Positions 1-8,691 of a stretch of DNA of 64,000 nt are shown piece by piece. The position numbers were made by a program, and so were the translations under genes. The notes under the pieces are model-generated. The model saw only the letters and a list, made by a program, of their open reading frames with translations, did not search any database and was not told the DNA's origin. Numbering within the stretch: the first letter of the stretch is position 1; every line of letters starts with the position of its first letter. The stretch is from a bacterium (GTDB lineage: Bacteria; CG2-30-53-67), in assembly GCA_024277725.1 (NCBI GenBank), contig JAJRUP010000152.1, positions 520 to 64,519 of the forward strand. The letters are read 5' to 3'.

Positions 1-414
1 CATTGCATCGGTCAGAAGGACGTCCCGATGCATGGACTGGATGCACCGCACACAACGCCGATAGGTAATGCTCCCGACATTGAGAATCCGATCGCCCTCA
101 TACCAGATGTTGAAGATGCGATTCTTGACAAAGACCTCCCCCTTTTCCACCACCTGCCCGTAAAAGGTCCCCTTCATCTGTACGGAGGTAAAGATCTCAC
201 TGCCCAGCGCCCGGATGTCGTCGGGGAGACCTTCGATCCGGTTGTTATAGAGGGTCACCTTTTTGCCCTGCAGGAGGGGGAACCATTCCCGGATGAGAAA
301 GAGGGGGACATTAATCAGTTCAACCGTCTTGTTCTTCTCAATGGCATCGCGGATGGCCTGGAATCCCTCTTCCAGAGTGAAGATCTCATCGACCTGCATT
401 TCGAGGAGAGCCAT
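1..414 (-). CDS. hypothetical protein, partial (N-terminal 138 codons in window; C-terminus lies beyond the window start)
   Basis: Reverse-complement of 1..414 is stop-free and starts with ATG at 414..412 preceded by GGAAGGG (MALLEMQVDEIFTLEEGFQAIRDAIEKNKTVELINVP...). The plus-strand ORF 28..474 is its antisense shadow. N-terminus weakly resembles roadblock/LC7 (MglB-like) proteins from memory. Confidence 0.45.
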   Translation of the reverse strand, partial: MALLEMQVDEIFTLEEGFQAIRDAIEKNKTVELINVPLFLIREWFPLLQGKKVTLYNNRIEGLPDDIRALGSEIFTSVQMKGTFYGQVVEKGEVFVKNRIFNIWYEGDRILNVGSITYRRCVRCIQSMHRDVLLTDAM

Positions 415-523
415 ACCGGCACCCTTCCATTGTTGATCCTGACAGAATACGATACAACAACAGCGAACCTTTGACAAATCTTTTTCACAACAGGGTCGGA
501 AGGACGGAATGAAAAAGAAAGGA

Positions 524-1258
524 TCAGTGGACTTCCACCGGTTGGACGGCTTTTTCAATAATACCTACGGATTGGAGCCCCATCAGAATTCGGCAGATTT
601 CAAAATCTCCGAAGGACAGCTCCCTGCAGACCTCCTGAACACTTCTCGCTTTCCGGAGGATCTCCATGGCCTTTTTTTCTTTCGGTTTCATGTAGATACT
701 CTCCTGAAGCTTTCCGATCTCAGGGCAACACCGATAATACGTTTCAAGAGAACCGATCTCCCGTCGAACAATACGCCAATCCTGAACGCGTCTTGTCCCC
801 TCCAGGATCAGATCAAGGGTCTTGGTCTTCAGGGTAATCGATTCATCCTCCAAAGGCCCCATGGAGATAAAGGAGAAGTTTCCACGATCCCAATGGAGAA
901 GGCTCATAATGATTTCTTTCACCTGTTCTTTGACGGCCCAGTTCAGATTCCGCCGGGTAATAATTCCCAAGTCAACAAGAATCTCGCCATGACGTCGGTT
1001 GGGTGTCATCAGTTTCGACGAACGTTCAAAATCCTCGTAGGAAAGGATCCCGTTACGAAAAAGATAGGTACCCAGACGATCGTTTTCCCAATTCGACGTG
1101 GCAAAGACAATATTCCCGGAATTAAAAAAGATCGATTTCTTCATCCGGCCCCTGTCAAGGGAGAGCATCCCCGTCTCGGACCGGTCACAGAGAGACTTCA
1201 GTATCACGGCAAGGGAAGAATTTTGAAGATCTCCCTCCTGTTCAAAATAGATCTGCAT
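524..1258 (-). CDS. DUF4388 (PATAN-like) domain protein with a T2SSE_N/MshEN-like RxGE(I/L)L..(G)(I/L)IT..L..A..Q segment
   Basis: ORF 524..1297 begins with TTG. The internal ATG at 1258 (MQIYFEQEGDLQNSSLAVILKSL...GNIVFATSN) matches the usual DUF4388 N-terminus. RRHGEILVDLGIITRRNLNWAVKEQ resembles the c-di-GMP-binding MshEN/GspE-N motif. Confidence 0.6.
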   Translation of the reverse strand: MQIYFEQEGDLQNSSLAVILKSLCDRSETGMLSLDRGRMKKSIFFNSGNIVFATSNWENDRLGTYLFRNGILSYEDFERSSKLMTPNRRHGEILVDLGIITRRNLNWAVKEQVKEIIMSLLHWDRGNFSFISMGPLEDESITLKTKTLDLILEGTRRVQDWRIVRREIGSLETYYRCCPEIGKLQESIYMKPKEKKAMEILRKARSVQEVCRELSFGDFEICRILMGLQSVGIIEKAVQPVEVH

Positions 1259-1388
1259 GGATATTGCCTTCTGAAAGATAAAAAGTGAAAGGAACAAGTT
1301 TTTTCTATTATATTACGAGTCTTAAAGGGTGACAACGCATTAATGACGGGGATGACCCCATGGTTGTCGCATGGCTTGCAAACCACCT

Positions 1389-2588
1389 TTACGGCGGGAA
1401 CGCTTCGTCAACAATCCGTCCGAGTATCCGGCGGGCAATCTCGGACTTGGGAAGGAGTCCGGTCTCTTCGACCTTCCCCGTCCGGTCGAGGATCAGTACC
1501 CGGTTCATGTCCGATCCAAAACCGGCACCCTCCTCCGTCACATCATTCGCCACGAGAAGGTCCACTCCCTTGGCTGTAAACTTACGGCACGCTTTTTCTC
1601 TCAAACTTCCCGTCTCGGCGGCAAAACCGACCAGAAACTGGTCCGGCCGTTTCCGCCCTGCAAGAGATTTCAGAATATCCGGGTTTTCGACAAGGTGGAG
1701 CGTCAAAGAGGCCTCCCCTTTCTTCATCTTCTCCTTTGCCGGGGTCTCAACCCTGTAGTCGCCTACCGCCGCCGTCATGATCAGCACATCATACCGGGGG
1801 AAATGTTTTTCCGCGGCTTCCTGCATCTCCCATGCGGTTTCCACGGCAACAAAGTCCACGCCTTCCGGTGGGGGCAGACAGGTCGGGCCGCTGATCAGCA
1901 TCACCTCCGCTCCCTGCCGCAGGGCCTCGGCCGCAACGGCATACCCCATCTTTCCCGAGGAACGATTGGTGAGTACACGAACGGGATCGACCGGCTCCAC
2001 CGTGGGACCGGCAGTGACGAGCAACTTCTTCCCCCGCAACGGCCCCTTGAGCAGGCCAAGATTCTCAAGGACCCGGAGGATCTCCTCCACCTCAGCCATC
2101 CGACCGGGTCCCTCCTCCCCGCAGGCAAGTTCCCCCGTCCCGGGTTCAAGGAGATGAACTCCCCGTTTGCGCAGAATCTCGAGATTTGCCTGTACCGCAG
2201 GATGCCGGTACATCCGTGTGTTCATGGCCGGGACAACCAAAAGGGGAGCATCAAGGGCGAGGACCATCGTGGAGAGGAGGTCGTCTGCAATCCCGTTGGC
2301 GATCTTCCCGATGATGTTCGCCGTGGCAGGCGCAATCACCATCAGGTCCGCACGAAAGGGCTCTTCGATATGGGGCATGGAGGAACCATGGATTTCAAAA
2401 AGGGATGTCAAAACGGGGAAACCGGACAAGGTTTCCAGTGTCAGGGGGGTCACAAATTCCCGGGCATGACGGGTCAGTACAACGCGGACTTCGTGATGAG
2501 CCTTGACAAGGCCACGGACTAGATAGGGGATCTTGTAGGCGGCAATCCCGCCGCTGACCCCCAGGAGCACACGCATCCCTTTTCCCAT
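1389..2588 (-). CDS. coaBC: bifunctional phosphopantothenoylcysteine decarboxylase / phosphopantothenate--cysteine ligase
   Basis: 399-aa translation with flavoprotein N-terminus (VLLGVSGGIAAYK, PAMNTRMY) and DFP ligase C-terminus (LVTAGPTVEPVDPVR..NRSSGKMG). Gene order gmk-rpoZ-coaBC is conserved. Confidence 0.9.
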   Translation of the reverse strand: MGKGMRVLLGVSGGIAAYKIPYLVRGLVKAHHEVRVVLTRHAREFVTPLTLETLSGFPVLTSLFEIHGSSMPHIEEPFRADLMVIAPATANIIGKIANGIADDLLSTMVLALDAPLLVVPAMNTRMYRHPAVQANLEILRKRGVHLLEPGTGELACGEEGPGRMAEVEEILRVLENLGLLKGPLRGKKLLVTAGPTVEPVDPVRVLTNRSSGKMGYAVAAEALRQGAEVMLISGPTCLPPPEGVDFVAVETAWEMQEAAEKHFPRYDVLIMTAAVGDYRVETPAKEKMKKGEASLTLHLVENPDILKSLAGRKRPDQFLVGFAAETGSLREKACRKFTAKGVDLLVANDVTEEGAGFGSDMNRVLILDRTGKVEETGLLPKSEIARRILGRIVDEAFPP

Positions 2589-2600
2589 GGCCTGAACCTC

Positions 2601-2939
2601 TTAAGCGCTCTCTTCGGCTTTCTTCTTTTCCTTGGCCTCCGCAGCCGCCTTCTGTTTTTCCTGCATGGCTTTCAGTTCCATCTCTTCCTGTTCCCGAACG
2701 CGTTTTTCCATCTCCTCCCGGATCTTCCGGGCCTCTTCCGGGTCGTAGTAAGAAACCTTTCCTTCGGCCACTTCCTGCAGTGCCATCGTAATCGCCTTGC
2801 AATACGAAGTTTCGACGAGGGGTTTTTCCCCCCGCATGAGCATCTTGGCCCGTTGCGATACAACATGGGCCAGCCGAAACTTACTCCTTTCGATCCCCTT
2901 CTCCTGAATCTCCAGCGGTAATAGAATTGCCATATCCAT
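2601..2939 (-). CDS. rpoZ: DNA-directed RNA polymerase subunit omega
   Basis: KFRLAHVVSQRAKML...TMALQEVAEG matches the omega core. Lys/Glu-rich C-terminal tail. Lies between gmk and coaBC. Confidence 0.75.
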   Translation of the reverse strand: MDMAILLPLEIQEKGIERSKFRLAHVVSQRAKMLMRGEKPLVETSYCKAITMALQEVAEGKVSYYDPEEARKIREEMEKRVREQEEMELKAMQEKQKAAAEAKEKKKAEESA

Positions 2940-3188
2940 CCTCCATCCAGACGCGCTGCACGTATCGTTCGTGAAGCCGGTCTTGCATCCTCATTCTCTA
3001 AATAGTCCCATTCATATAAGGGGGCCTGTCCGCATGCAACGCCCAGACAGGCGCTTGAGTGCCGCAAAACGGCCTCATCATCATCCCGCTCCCTGGCACC
3101 TACCTACCCGGGGGGGCCTTCGTTGCACGCCTTGAGGAGACCGCCCTGCGGCCCTTCCGATGCATCACCGTATTCACGAACAAGGCCA

Positions 3189-3824
3189 CTATGTCCCGAG
3201 GAATTCTTTTTCCACCCATCGGGAGTCCACCCTGTGGACCGATCTTCTTTCCGCACGCAGGATCGAAAGGAGATCCTCCAGTGCCTCCTCAAATTCATCA
3301 TTGATCAAAAGATAATCATACTTCTCAAACTGTGCAATCTCCTCCCGCGCCTGCTTCAGGCGTCTGATAATCTCCTCTTCAGGGTCCGAGGCCCGCCCCC
3401 GCAGCCGTTTCTCCAGTTCGGCGAAGGAGGGCGTCACAACAAAAACAAAGACCGCTTTCAGGTCCTTCCGTGCCATCAGCTTCTGCGCACCTCCGGCATC
3501 AACATCGAGGATCACGTCGGAACCTGCTTCCTGGATCTCCCGGACCACCCTTTTGGAAGTCCCGTAGAAATTCCCATGGACCGGCGCCCATTCCAGGAAC
3601 TCCCCCTTCGCCGCCATGTCTTCAAAGACGGTCGGATCGACAAAAAAGTAATCACGACCATCCACCTCCCCGGAACGGGGGGGACGGGTCGTATAAGAGA
3701 TGGAATGGGTTAACCTCGGAAGTCGCTCAACCGCCGCACGGCAAAGCGAGGTCTTGCCCGCACCGGAAGGAGCAGAGAGAACCACCAGGAGCCCTTCCCT
3801 GCCCACATGCGATTCACTCATCAT
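3189..3824 (-). CDS. gmk: guanylate kinase
   Basis: P-loop GAGKTS and YTTRPPR motif, VDGRDYFFV. Listed ORF starts at TTG (3836); ATG ATG at about 3824/3821 is more likely. Confidence 0.9.
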   Translation of the reverse strand: MMSESHVGREGLLVVLSAPSGAGKTSLCRAAVERLPRLTHSISYTTRPPRSGEVDGRDYFFVDPTVFEDMAAKGEFLEWAPVHGNFYGTSKRVVREIQEAGSDVILDVDAGGAQKLMARKDLKAVFVFVVTPSFAELEKRLRGRASDPEEEIIRRLKQAREEIAQFEKYDYLLINDEFEEALEDLLSILRAERRSVHRVDSRWVEKEFLGT

Positions 3825-3900
3825 GGAATAGTTCAAGAAGATCGATTAGAGTAAAATCCAGCAATCCATAATCGAAAAAAGAGGTGTAGACGGCAAATCC

Positions 3901-4200
3901 TCAGGATCCGGAAGAAGAAATTTCCTTTTTGCCGCCGGACTCAAAGGTCTCCTTTTCCGCCTTGGTAAAGAACCGCTGGCTGATGGTTTCCGCCTGCACC
4001 GCGGAAAGAATGACATGATCACTGTCCGTGACCAGGATGGCCCGCGTCCTTCTCCCCTGCGTGGCGTCGATCAGCTTTCCCGACCCTTTTGCCACTTCTT
4101 TCAATCTCTTCATAGGAGCGGAACTCGGCGTCACCACCGCCACAATCCGTTCCGCCACAACGACGTTTCCGTAACCGATGTTGATAAGATCTTTTGTCAT
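3901..4200 (-). CDS. DUF370 / RemA-family protein
   Basis: [33 protein letters not shown] is the typical RemA/DUF370 N-terminus. Conserved yicC-remA-gmk order. Start chosen at the internal Met. Confidence 0.7.
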   Translation of the reverse strand: MTKDLINIGYGNVVVAERIVAVVTPSSAPMKRLKEVAKGSGKLIDATQGRRTRAILVTDSDHVILSAVQAETISQRFFTKAEKETFESGGKKEISSSGS

Positions 4201-4293
4201 AGGCTTCCCCCTCCTTGAGGATGAGAAAAGAAATTCGGCCACCTACCCCCGGCCCGGATCATAGTAAAATAAAACCGCATGAAAATGCAAGTT

Positions 4294-5163
4294 TTATTCA
4301 ACATTCTGGATCTGTTCCCGTAATTTTTCCAGTTCGCTCTTGCAGGTCACCACCCACTGGCTGATCTGAAGATCATTCCCCTTGGAACCGATCGTATTGA
4401 TTTCCCGGTTCATCTCCTGAAGAAGGAACTCCATCCTGCGGCCATGGGGGCCGGAAGCGTTCAGCATATCCCCAAACTGATGTATATGACTCAACAGCCG
4501 GTCTACCTCTTCCGTGATATCACAACGATCGGCAAAAAGGGACACCTCCTGAAGGAGGCGGGTTTCATCAATCTCCTCTCCCGGTTGGAGAGAAACCAAA
4601 CGTTTTGCAAGACGTTCCCGATAGGCTTCCACAACATTCGGTGCCTGTTCTTTGAAACGCTTTTGCATCTCCCCTAAAGTCTCCAAGGAGTCCACAATCC
4701 CCCGCTTCAGGTTCTCCCCTTCGGCCTGCCGCATCACATCGAGAGACGAAAGGGCTTCCTGTAGGGAAGGAAGAAGTTCCTCCCAGATCCGGTCCAGATC
4801 CTGTCCCTCTTCGACAATGCGGAAGATCTCACGATAAGCAACCAGATGATCCAGGGTAACTTCCTGCGATAAACCATAACGTTCCTTCAAACGGTTCATC
4901 GCCTGATAGACCTGGTCGGAAAGGTCTTCATTCACCGCCAACGTACATGCCTCAACGCGGGCAGGATCCGTCGGATTACAGGTGAGGTCAATGCGACCAC
5001 GTTTGATCGTCTTCTTGATCTCCTCCCGGAAACGGGCTTCCAGGGCGGCAAGACTTCGGGAAAAGTGAAAATGGGGATCACTGAAACGGTGATTCACCGA
5101 TCGGATCTCCGTACACCAGCCGCCCGCTTCCCCCCGACCGAAACCGGTCATGCTTTTGATCAT
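4294..5163 (-). CDS. yicC: YicC-family protein (stress-induced RNase YicC-like)
   Basis: MIKSMTGFGRGE N-terminus and C-terminal DUF1732-like region (EFLLQEMNREINTIGSK). Start set at the MIKSMTGFG Met. Confidence 0.8.
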   Translation of the reverse strand: MIKSMTGFGRGEAGGWCTEIRSVNHRFSDPHFHFSRSLAALEARFREEIKKTIKRGRIDLTCNPTDPARVEACTLAVNEDLSDQVYQAMNRLKERYGLSQEVTLDHLVAYREIFRIVEEGQDLDRIWEELLPSLQEALSSLDVMRQAEGENLKRGIVDSLETLGEMQKRFKEQAPNVVEAYRERLAKRLVSLQPGEEIDETRLLQEVSLFADRCDITEEVDRLLSHIHQFGDMLNASGPHGRRMEFLLQEMNREINTIGSKGNDLQISQWVVTCKSELEKLREQIQNVE

Positions 5164-5243
5164 CCTTGATCCTTGAATACGATTTTGATCTGAAGAATTC
5201 GTTTGCAACTGTTCTATAACGGCACAGTAATAAGTCCCCGCTA

Positions 5244-5346
5244 CAAGGCGCGAAGGTTTTGAGGAGTGAAGCGTACTTTTCCCGTACGCCGCAACGATCT
5301 TAAAACCTGATATACGAAGTAGATGGACTTTTTACGAAGCCGTCAT
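5244..5346 (+). repeat. copy A of a ~103-bp paralogous intergenic element (candidate structured RNA)
   Basis: caaggcgcgaaggttttgaggagtgaagcgtacttttcccgtacgccgcaacgatcttaaaacctgatatacgaagtagatggactttttacgaagccgtcat. About 85% identical to 62681-62783. Stem 5254-5263 pairs with 5299-5308. Confidence 0.5.
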
Positions 5347-5434
5347 GAATTTAACGGATTATAGATTGTATTCAGGATATTGTCAAATCAGTTTTACCTT
5401 TACAAGCGAATAATTAGATTTTAAACTTCTTTTC

Positions 5435-7159
5435 ATGGATTCTTTCATCATCAAAGCCATCCGGGATGAATGGTGGACGATACTTCCGGCAGCTCGGATT
5501 CAACGGATCACCGAGATCCGTCAAAACGAGTTTCTCTTTATCCTGCGCACTCCCGGGCGGAACCGGAAGGTATTGATTTCCTGCAATCCTTCCCACCCGT
5601 CCCTCCACCTGACGGACGCCGACTTTCAGGCCGTCTCTCCTCCCTCCCCCTTCTGCATGGTGCTGAGAAAACATTTGACCGGCGGCACCCTGCAGGAAAT
5701 CTCTCTGCCCCCCCTGGAGCGGATTCTGACGCTCACCATACACCGGCGAAAGGAATCGGGACGGCTGCAAAAAATACATCTCATCATTGAGATCATGGGC
5801 AGGAGGAGCAACCTGATCCTCGCCGACCCGGACACGGGCAACATCGTCGATTGTGCCCGGCATATCCCCGGGGAACAGAACCGATTCCGTCAACTTCTTC
5901 CGGGACACCCCTACATAGCGCCCCCCCGTCCCGGAAAGATCGACCCCCGACATCTCACCGCAGCCGACATCCCACACAATCTTCAGGAAAGCGGGTCACC
6001 CCATCAATGGGTTGTAGAGCAAATCCGGGGATTCAGCCCCCTTCTCGCAAAAGAAGTCCTTTCCCGCAGCCGACGGAACGGCATCCTCCCCGTCATTGAG
6101 AGACTCATGGATGACTATGATGCGGGACGTTTCGAGCCGGCGATCTACCGTTCCCCCGATGGGTGCAGACGGATCCTGAGCGCATGCCGGCTCGATCACC
6201 TTGCGGATTTTACAAGGATTCCCTGTGACACGATGAATGATGCCGCCGACCGTCATCGGGAGATGTCCCTTACGACGGAAGAAGTCAACCCGGCCCGTTC
6301 ATCCCTCTCCAGGGCCCTCGAAAAAGTGATCGCAAAACAGGAAAGGATCCTGGCGTACATCGAAAAGGACCGCACTGCCTGCAAGGACCTGGACCGGCTG
6401 CGGCAGACGGGGGAATGGATACAGGGAAACCTCTATCGATTAAAAAGAGGCATGACGGAAGCCGAATTAATCGACCCGATGGGAAAGGAGCCCCGTCCGT
6501 TACGGGTCGCCCTCGATCCGCAACTCGCCCCCTATGAAAATGCACAACGCTATTTCCGGCGCTACCGGAAACTTCAAAGGATGCAGGCGGCGACCGAAAA
6601 CCGGTTCAGCAAGATTACCGGGGAACTGGAATATCTCCTGCAGGTCCGGGAAACCGTCCGGCAGGCCGAGACATTAGAGGACCTCCAGGAGATCCGGGAG
6701 GAACTGGCCGCCGGAAAATACCTCCCCCCTTCCCGGCAGAAAAAGAAGAAGAAAAAGAAACAACAGATCCGGCCGCCCCGCTGTTATCTCTCCTCGGCAG
6801 GGCACATCCTCCTGGTCGGCCGGAACAACCACGACAATGATCGCCTGACCACCCGCATTGCACACCGGGAAGACCTCTGGTTTCATGCCCAGGGACTTCC
6901 CGGCGCCCATGTGATCCTGCGCAATCCACAAAGAGATGAGATTTCACCGAAGGTGCTCCATGAAGCGGCGCTCCTCGCCGCCTACTACAGCCGGGGGAAA
7001 GATCACCCCAAGGTCCCCGTGGTCTACACCCTCCGCAAACATGTCAAGAAACCTCCGGGGGCGAAACCGGGAATGGTTCTCATTCATCACGAGAAGACCC
7101 TCCTCGTCGTCCCCCGGAAAGAGGATCTCCCCACCCCCTGCCCGGTAGAGGAATCCTGA
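5435..7159 (+). CDS. rqcH: NFACT-family RNA-binding protein (FbpA/Rqc2 homologue; ribosome quality control RqcH-like)
   Basis: 574 aa. N-terminal NFACT-N (ILRTPGRNRKVLISCNPSHPSLHLT), coiled-coil middle, C-terminal DUF814/NFACT-R (GLPGAHVIL...AAYYS). Contains a KKKKKKKQQ tract. Confidence 0.75.
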   Translation: MDSFIIKAIRDEWWTILPAARIQRITEIRQNEFLFILRTPGRNRKVLISCNPSHPSLHLTDADFQAVSPPSPFCMVLRKHLTGGTLQEISLPPLERILTLTIHRRKESGRLQKIHLIIEIMGRRSNLILADPDTGNIVDCARHIPGEQNRFRQLLPGHPYIAPPRPGKIDPRHLTAADIPHNLQESGSPHQWVVEQIRGFSPLLAKEVLSRSRRNGILPVIERLMDDYDAGRFEPAIYRSPDGCRRILSACRLDHLADFTRIPCDTMNDAADRHREMSLTTEEVNPARSSLSRALEKVIAKQERILAYIEKDRTACKDLDRLRQTGEWIQGNLYRLKRGMTEAELIDPMGKEPRPLRVALDPQLAPYENAQRYFRRYRKLQRMQAATENRFSKITGELEYLLQVRETVRQAETLEDLQEIREELAAGKYLPPSRQKKKKKKKQQIRPPRCYLSSAGHILLVGRNNHDNDRLTTRIAHREDLWFHAQGLPGAHVILRNPQRDEISPKVLHEAALLAAYYSRGKDHPKVPVVYTLRKHVKKPPGAKPGMVLIHHEKTLLVVPRKEDLPTPCPVEES

Positions 7160-7169
7160 AAGAACGTTG

Positions 7170-8444
7170 TCAGGGATAGAGCCCCCGGGCCAGCATGGCA
7201 TCGGAAATCTTGCGGATCCCCTTGATGAGTGCCGCCGTCCGCATGCTGATCTTTTCCCTTTCGGCAATGCCGTAGACCTCATCAAAGGCGTGAGTAATGA
7301 TCCGTTTCAACTGCATGAGAACTTCATCGATTTCCCAGAAGAAGTTCTGCAGGTCCTGGACCCACTCGAAATAGGAGACGATGACCCCCCCCGAGTTTGC
7401 CAGGATATCGGGAATGACAAAAACCCCCTTATCGTTCAGAATCCGGTCTGCCTCAATCGTCATCGGCCCGTTGGCCCCTTCGGCTACGATCTTCGCCTGG
7501 ACGCGGTCTGCATTCTTCTCATGGATCACTCCCGAAACAGCGGCGGGGATCAGGACATCACAGGGGAGGGCCAGAAGTTCTTCATTGGTAACGACATCCC
7601 CCCCTCTGAAGCAGGAGAAATTTCCATGTTCCCTGTGACAAGCAACAAGATCGTCGTAGTTCAGTCCGGAAGGATTGTAGATCCCCCCCTTGGAGGTGCT
7701 GACGGCCACCACCGTGCCGCCCATCTCCTCGATCGTCTTTGCCGCATTGGCACCGACATTCCCGAAACCGTGCAGAGCAAAAGTCGTCTCTTTCCCGATT
7801 CCGCTTCCCCTCTTCTCCAGTGCCTTGACAACGGTATAGACCACGCCCCTGCCCGTCGCCTCGCTCCGTCCCTGGGAACCTCCCACCACAAGTGGTTTTC
7901 CCGTCACCACGCCGGGCACGACATGTCCTTTCTGCTGGCTGTAGGTATCCATCAACCAGGCCATGACCTGCTCGTTCGTCCCCATGTCGGGAGCCGGGAT
8001 ATCCTTCTCCGGACCGATGATATTCACCAACTCCGCCGTGAAGCGTCGCGTCAGATGCTGCAGTTCATGCCGGGAAAGTTCGTGAGGATCGACCGTAACC
8101 CCACCCTTGGCTCCTCCGAGGGGAAGACCGACAAGGGCGCATTTCCAGGTCATCAGCATGGCCAGGGCCGCTGTTTCACCGATCGTCACCTCGGGATGAT
8201 AACGGATACCGCCCTTGAAAGGACCGAGGACATCATTGTGCTGCACCCGGTAACCGGCAAAGATCTTCACATCACCGTTGTCCATGCGCACCGGGATGGA
8301 GATGATCACGGAGCGGTCCGGAACCTGCAAACGATTCACAATGTTGGGATCAAGATCGATACGTTTTGCCACCTCCATAAACTGCTTCGTCACATTCCGG
8401 CAGGCCGGACATTCCCAGATCGTATGACACGACTTCATCTCCAT
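7170..8444 (-). CDS. gdhA: Glu/Leu/Phe/Val dehydrogenase (glutamate dehydrogenase)
   Basis: GGIRYHP, GLPLGGAKGG, GFGNVG Rossmann motif. ORF extends to 8474 with an unusual N-terminal CHTIWECPAC segment. Confidence 0.85.
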   Translation of the reverse strand: MEMKSCHTIWECPACRNVTKQFMEVAKRIDLDPNIVNRLQVPDRSVIISIPVRMDNGDVKIFAGYRVQHNDVLGPFKGGIRYHPEVTIGETAALAMLMTWKCALVGLPLGGAKGGVTVDPHELSRHELQHLTRRFTAELVNIIGPEKDIPAPDMGTNEQVMAWLMDTYSQQKGHVVPGVVTGKPLVVGGSQGRSEATGRGVVYTVVKALEKRGSGIGKETTFALHGFGNVGANAAKTIEEMGGTVVAVSTSKGGIYNPSGLNYDDLVACHREHGNFSCFRGGDVVTNEELLALPCDVLIPAAVSGVIHEKNADRVQAKIVAEGANGPMTIEADRILNDKGVFVIPDILANSGGVIVSYFEWVQDLQNFFWEIDEVLMQLKRIITHAFDEVYGIAEREKISMRTAALIKGIRKISDAMLARGLYP

Positions 8445-8691
8445 AAGAGGTCTCCTTTCGGCAGGTTTGATCACATCCTACACCAAGCAGCGACAGGAGG
8501 CAACTTGAGGGTTTCCGCCTGCAAAAAGTCTGCAGAACTGCCTTTCGTCTCTCATTTAGGGAACGTACCCGCAAAAGGCCGGAAGAAAATTTTCCTCTTT
8601 CGGCCCGGCGGCGGGTATGTTATAAAAAGCAGAAAAGGAAAGAATCGACGGATTCTTCATCATCACCCGCACAACATCAACCAATTTCGGC

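Noticed and set aside
28-474. Plus-strand ORF of 148 aa at the window start
   Set aside because: Low-complexity, Asp/Leu/Pro-rich translation without motifs. It is the antisense frame of a clean minus-strand coding sequence (1-414) that has a proper ATG and RBS.
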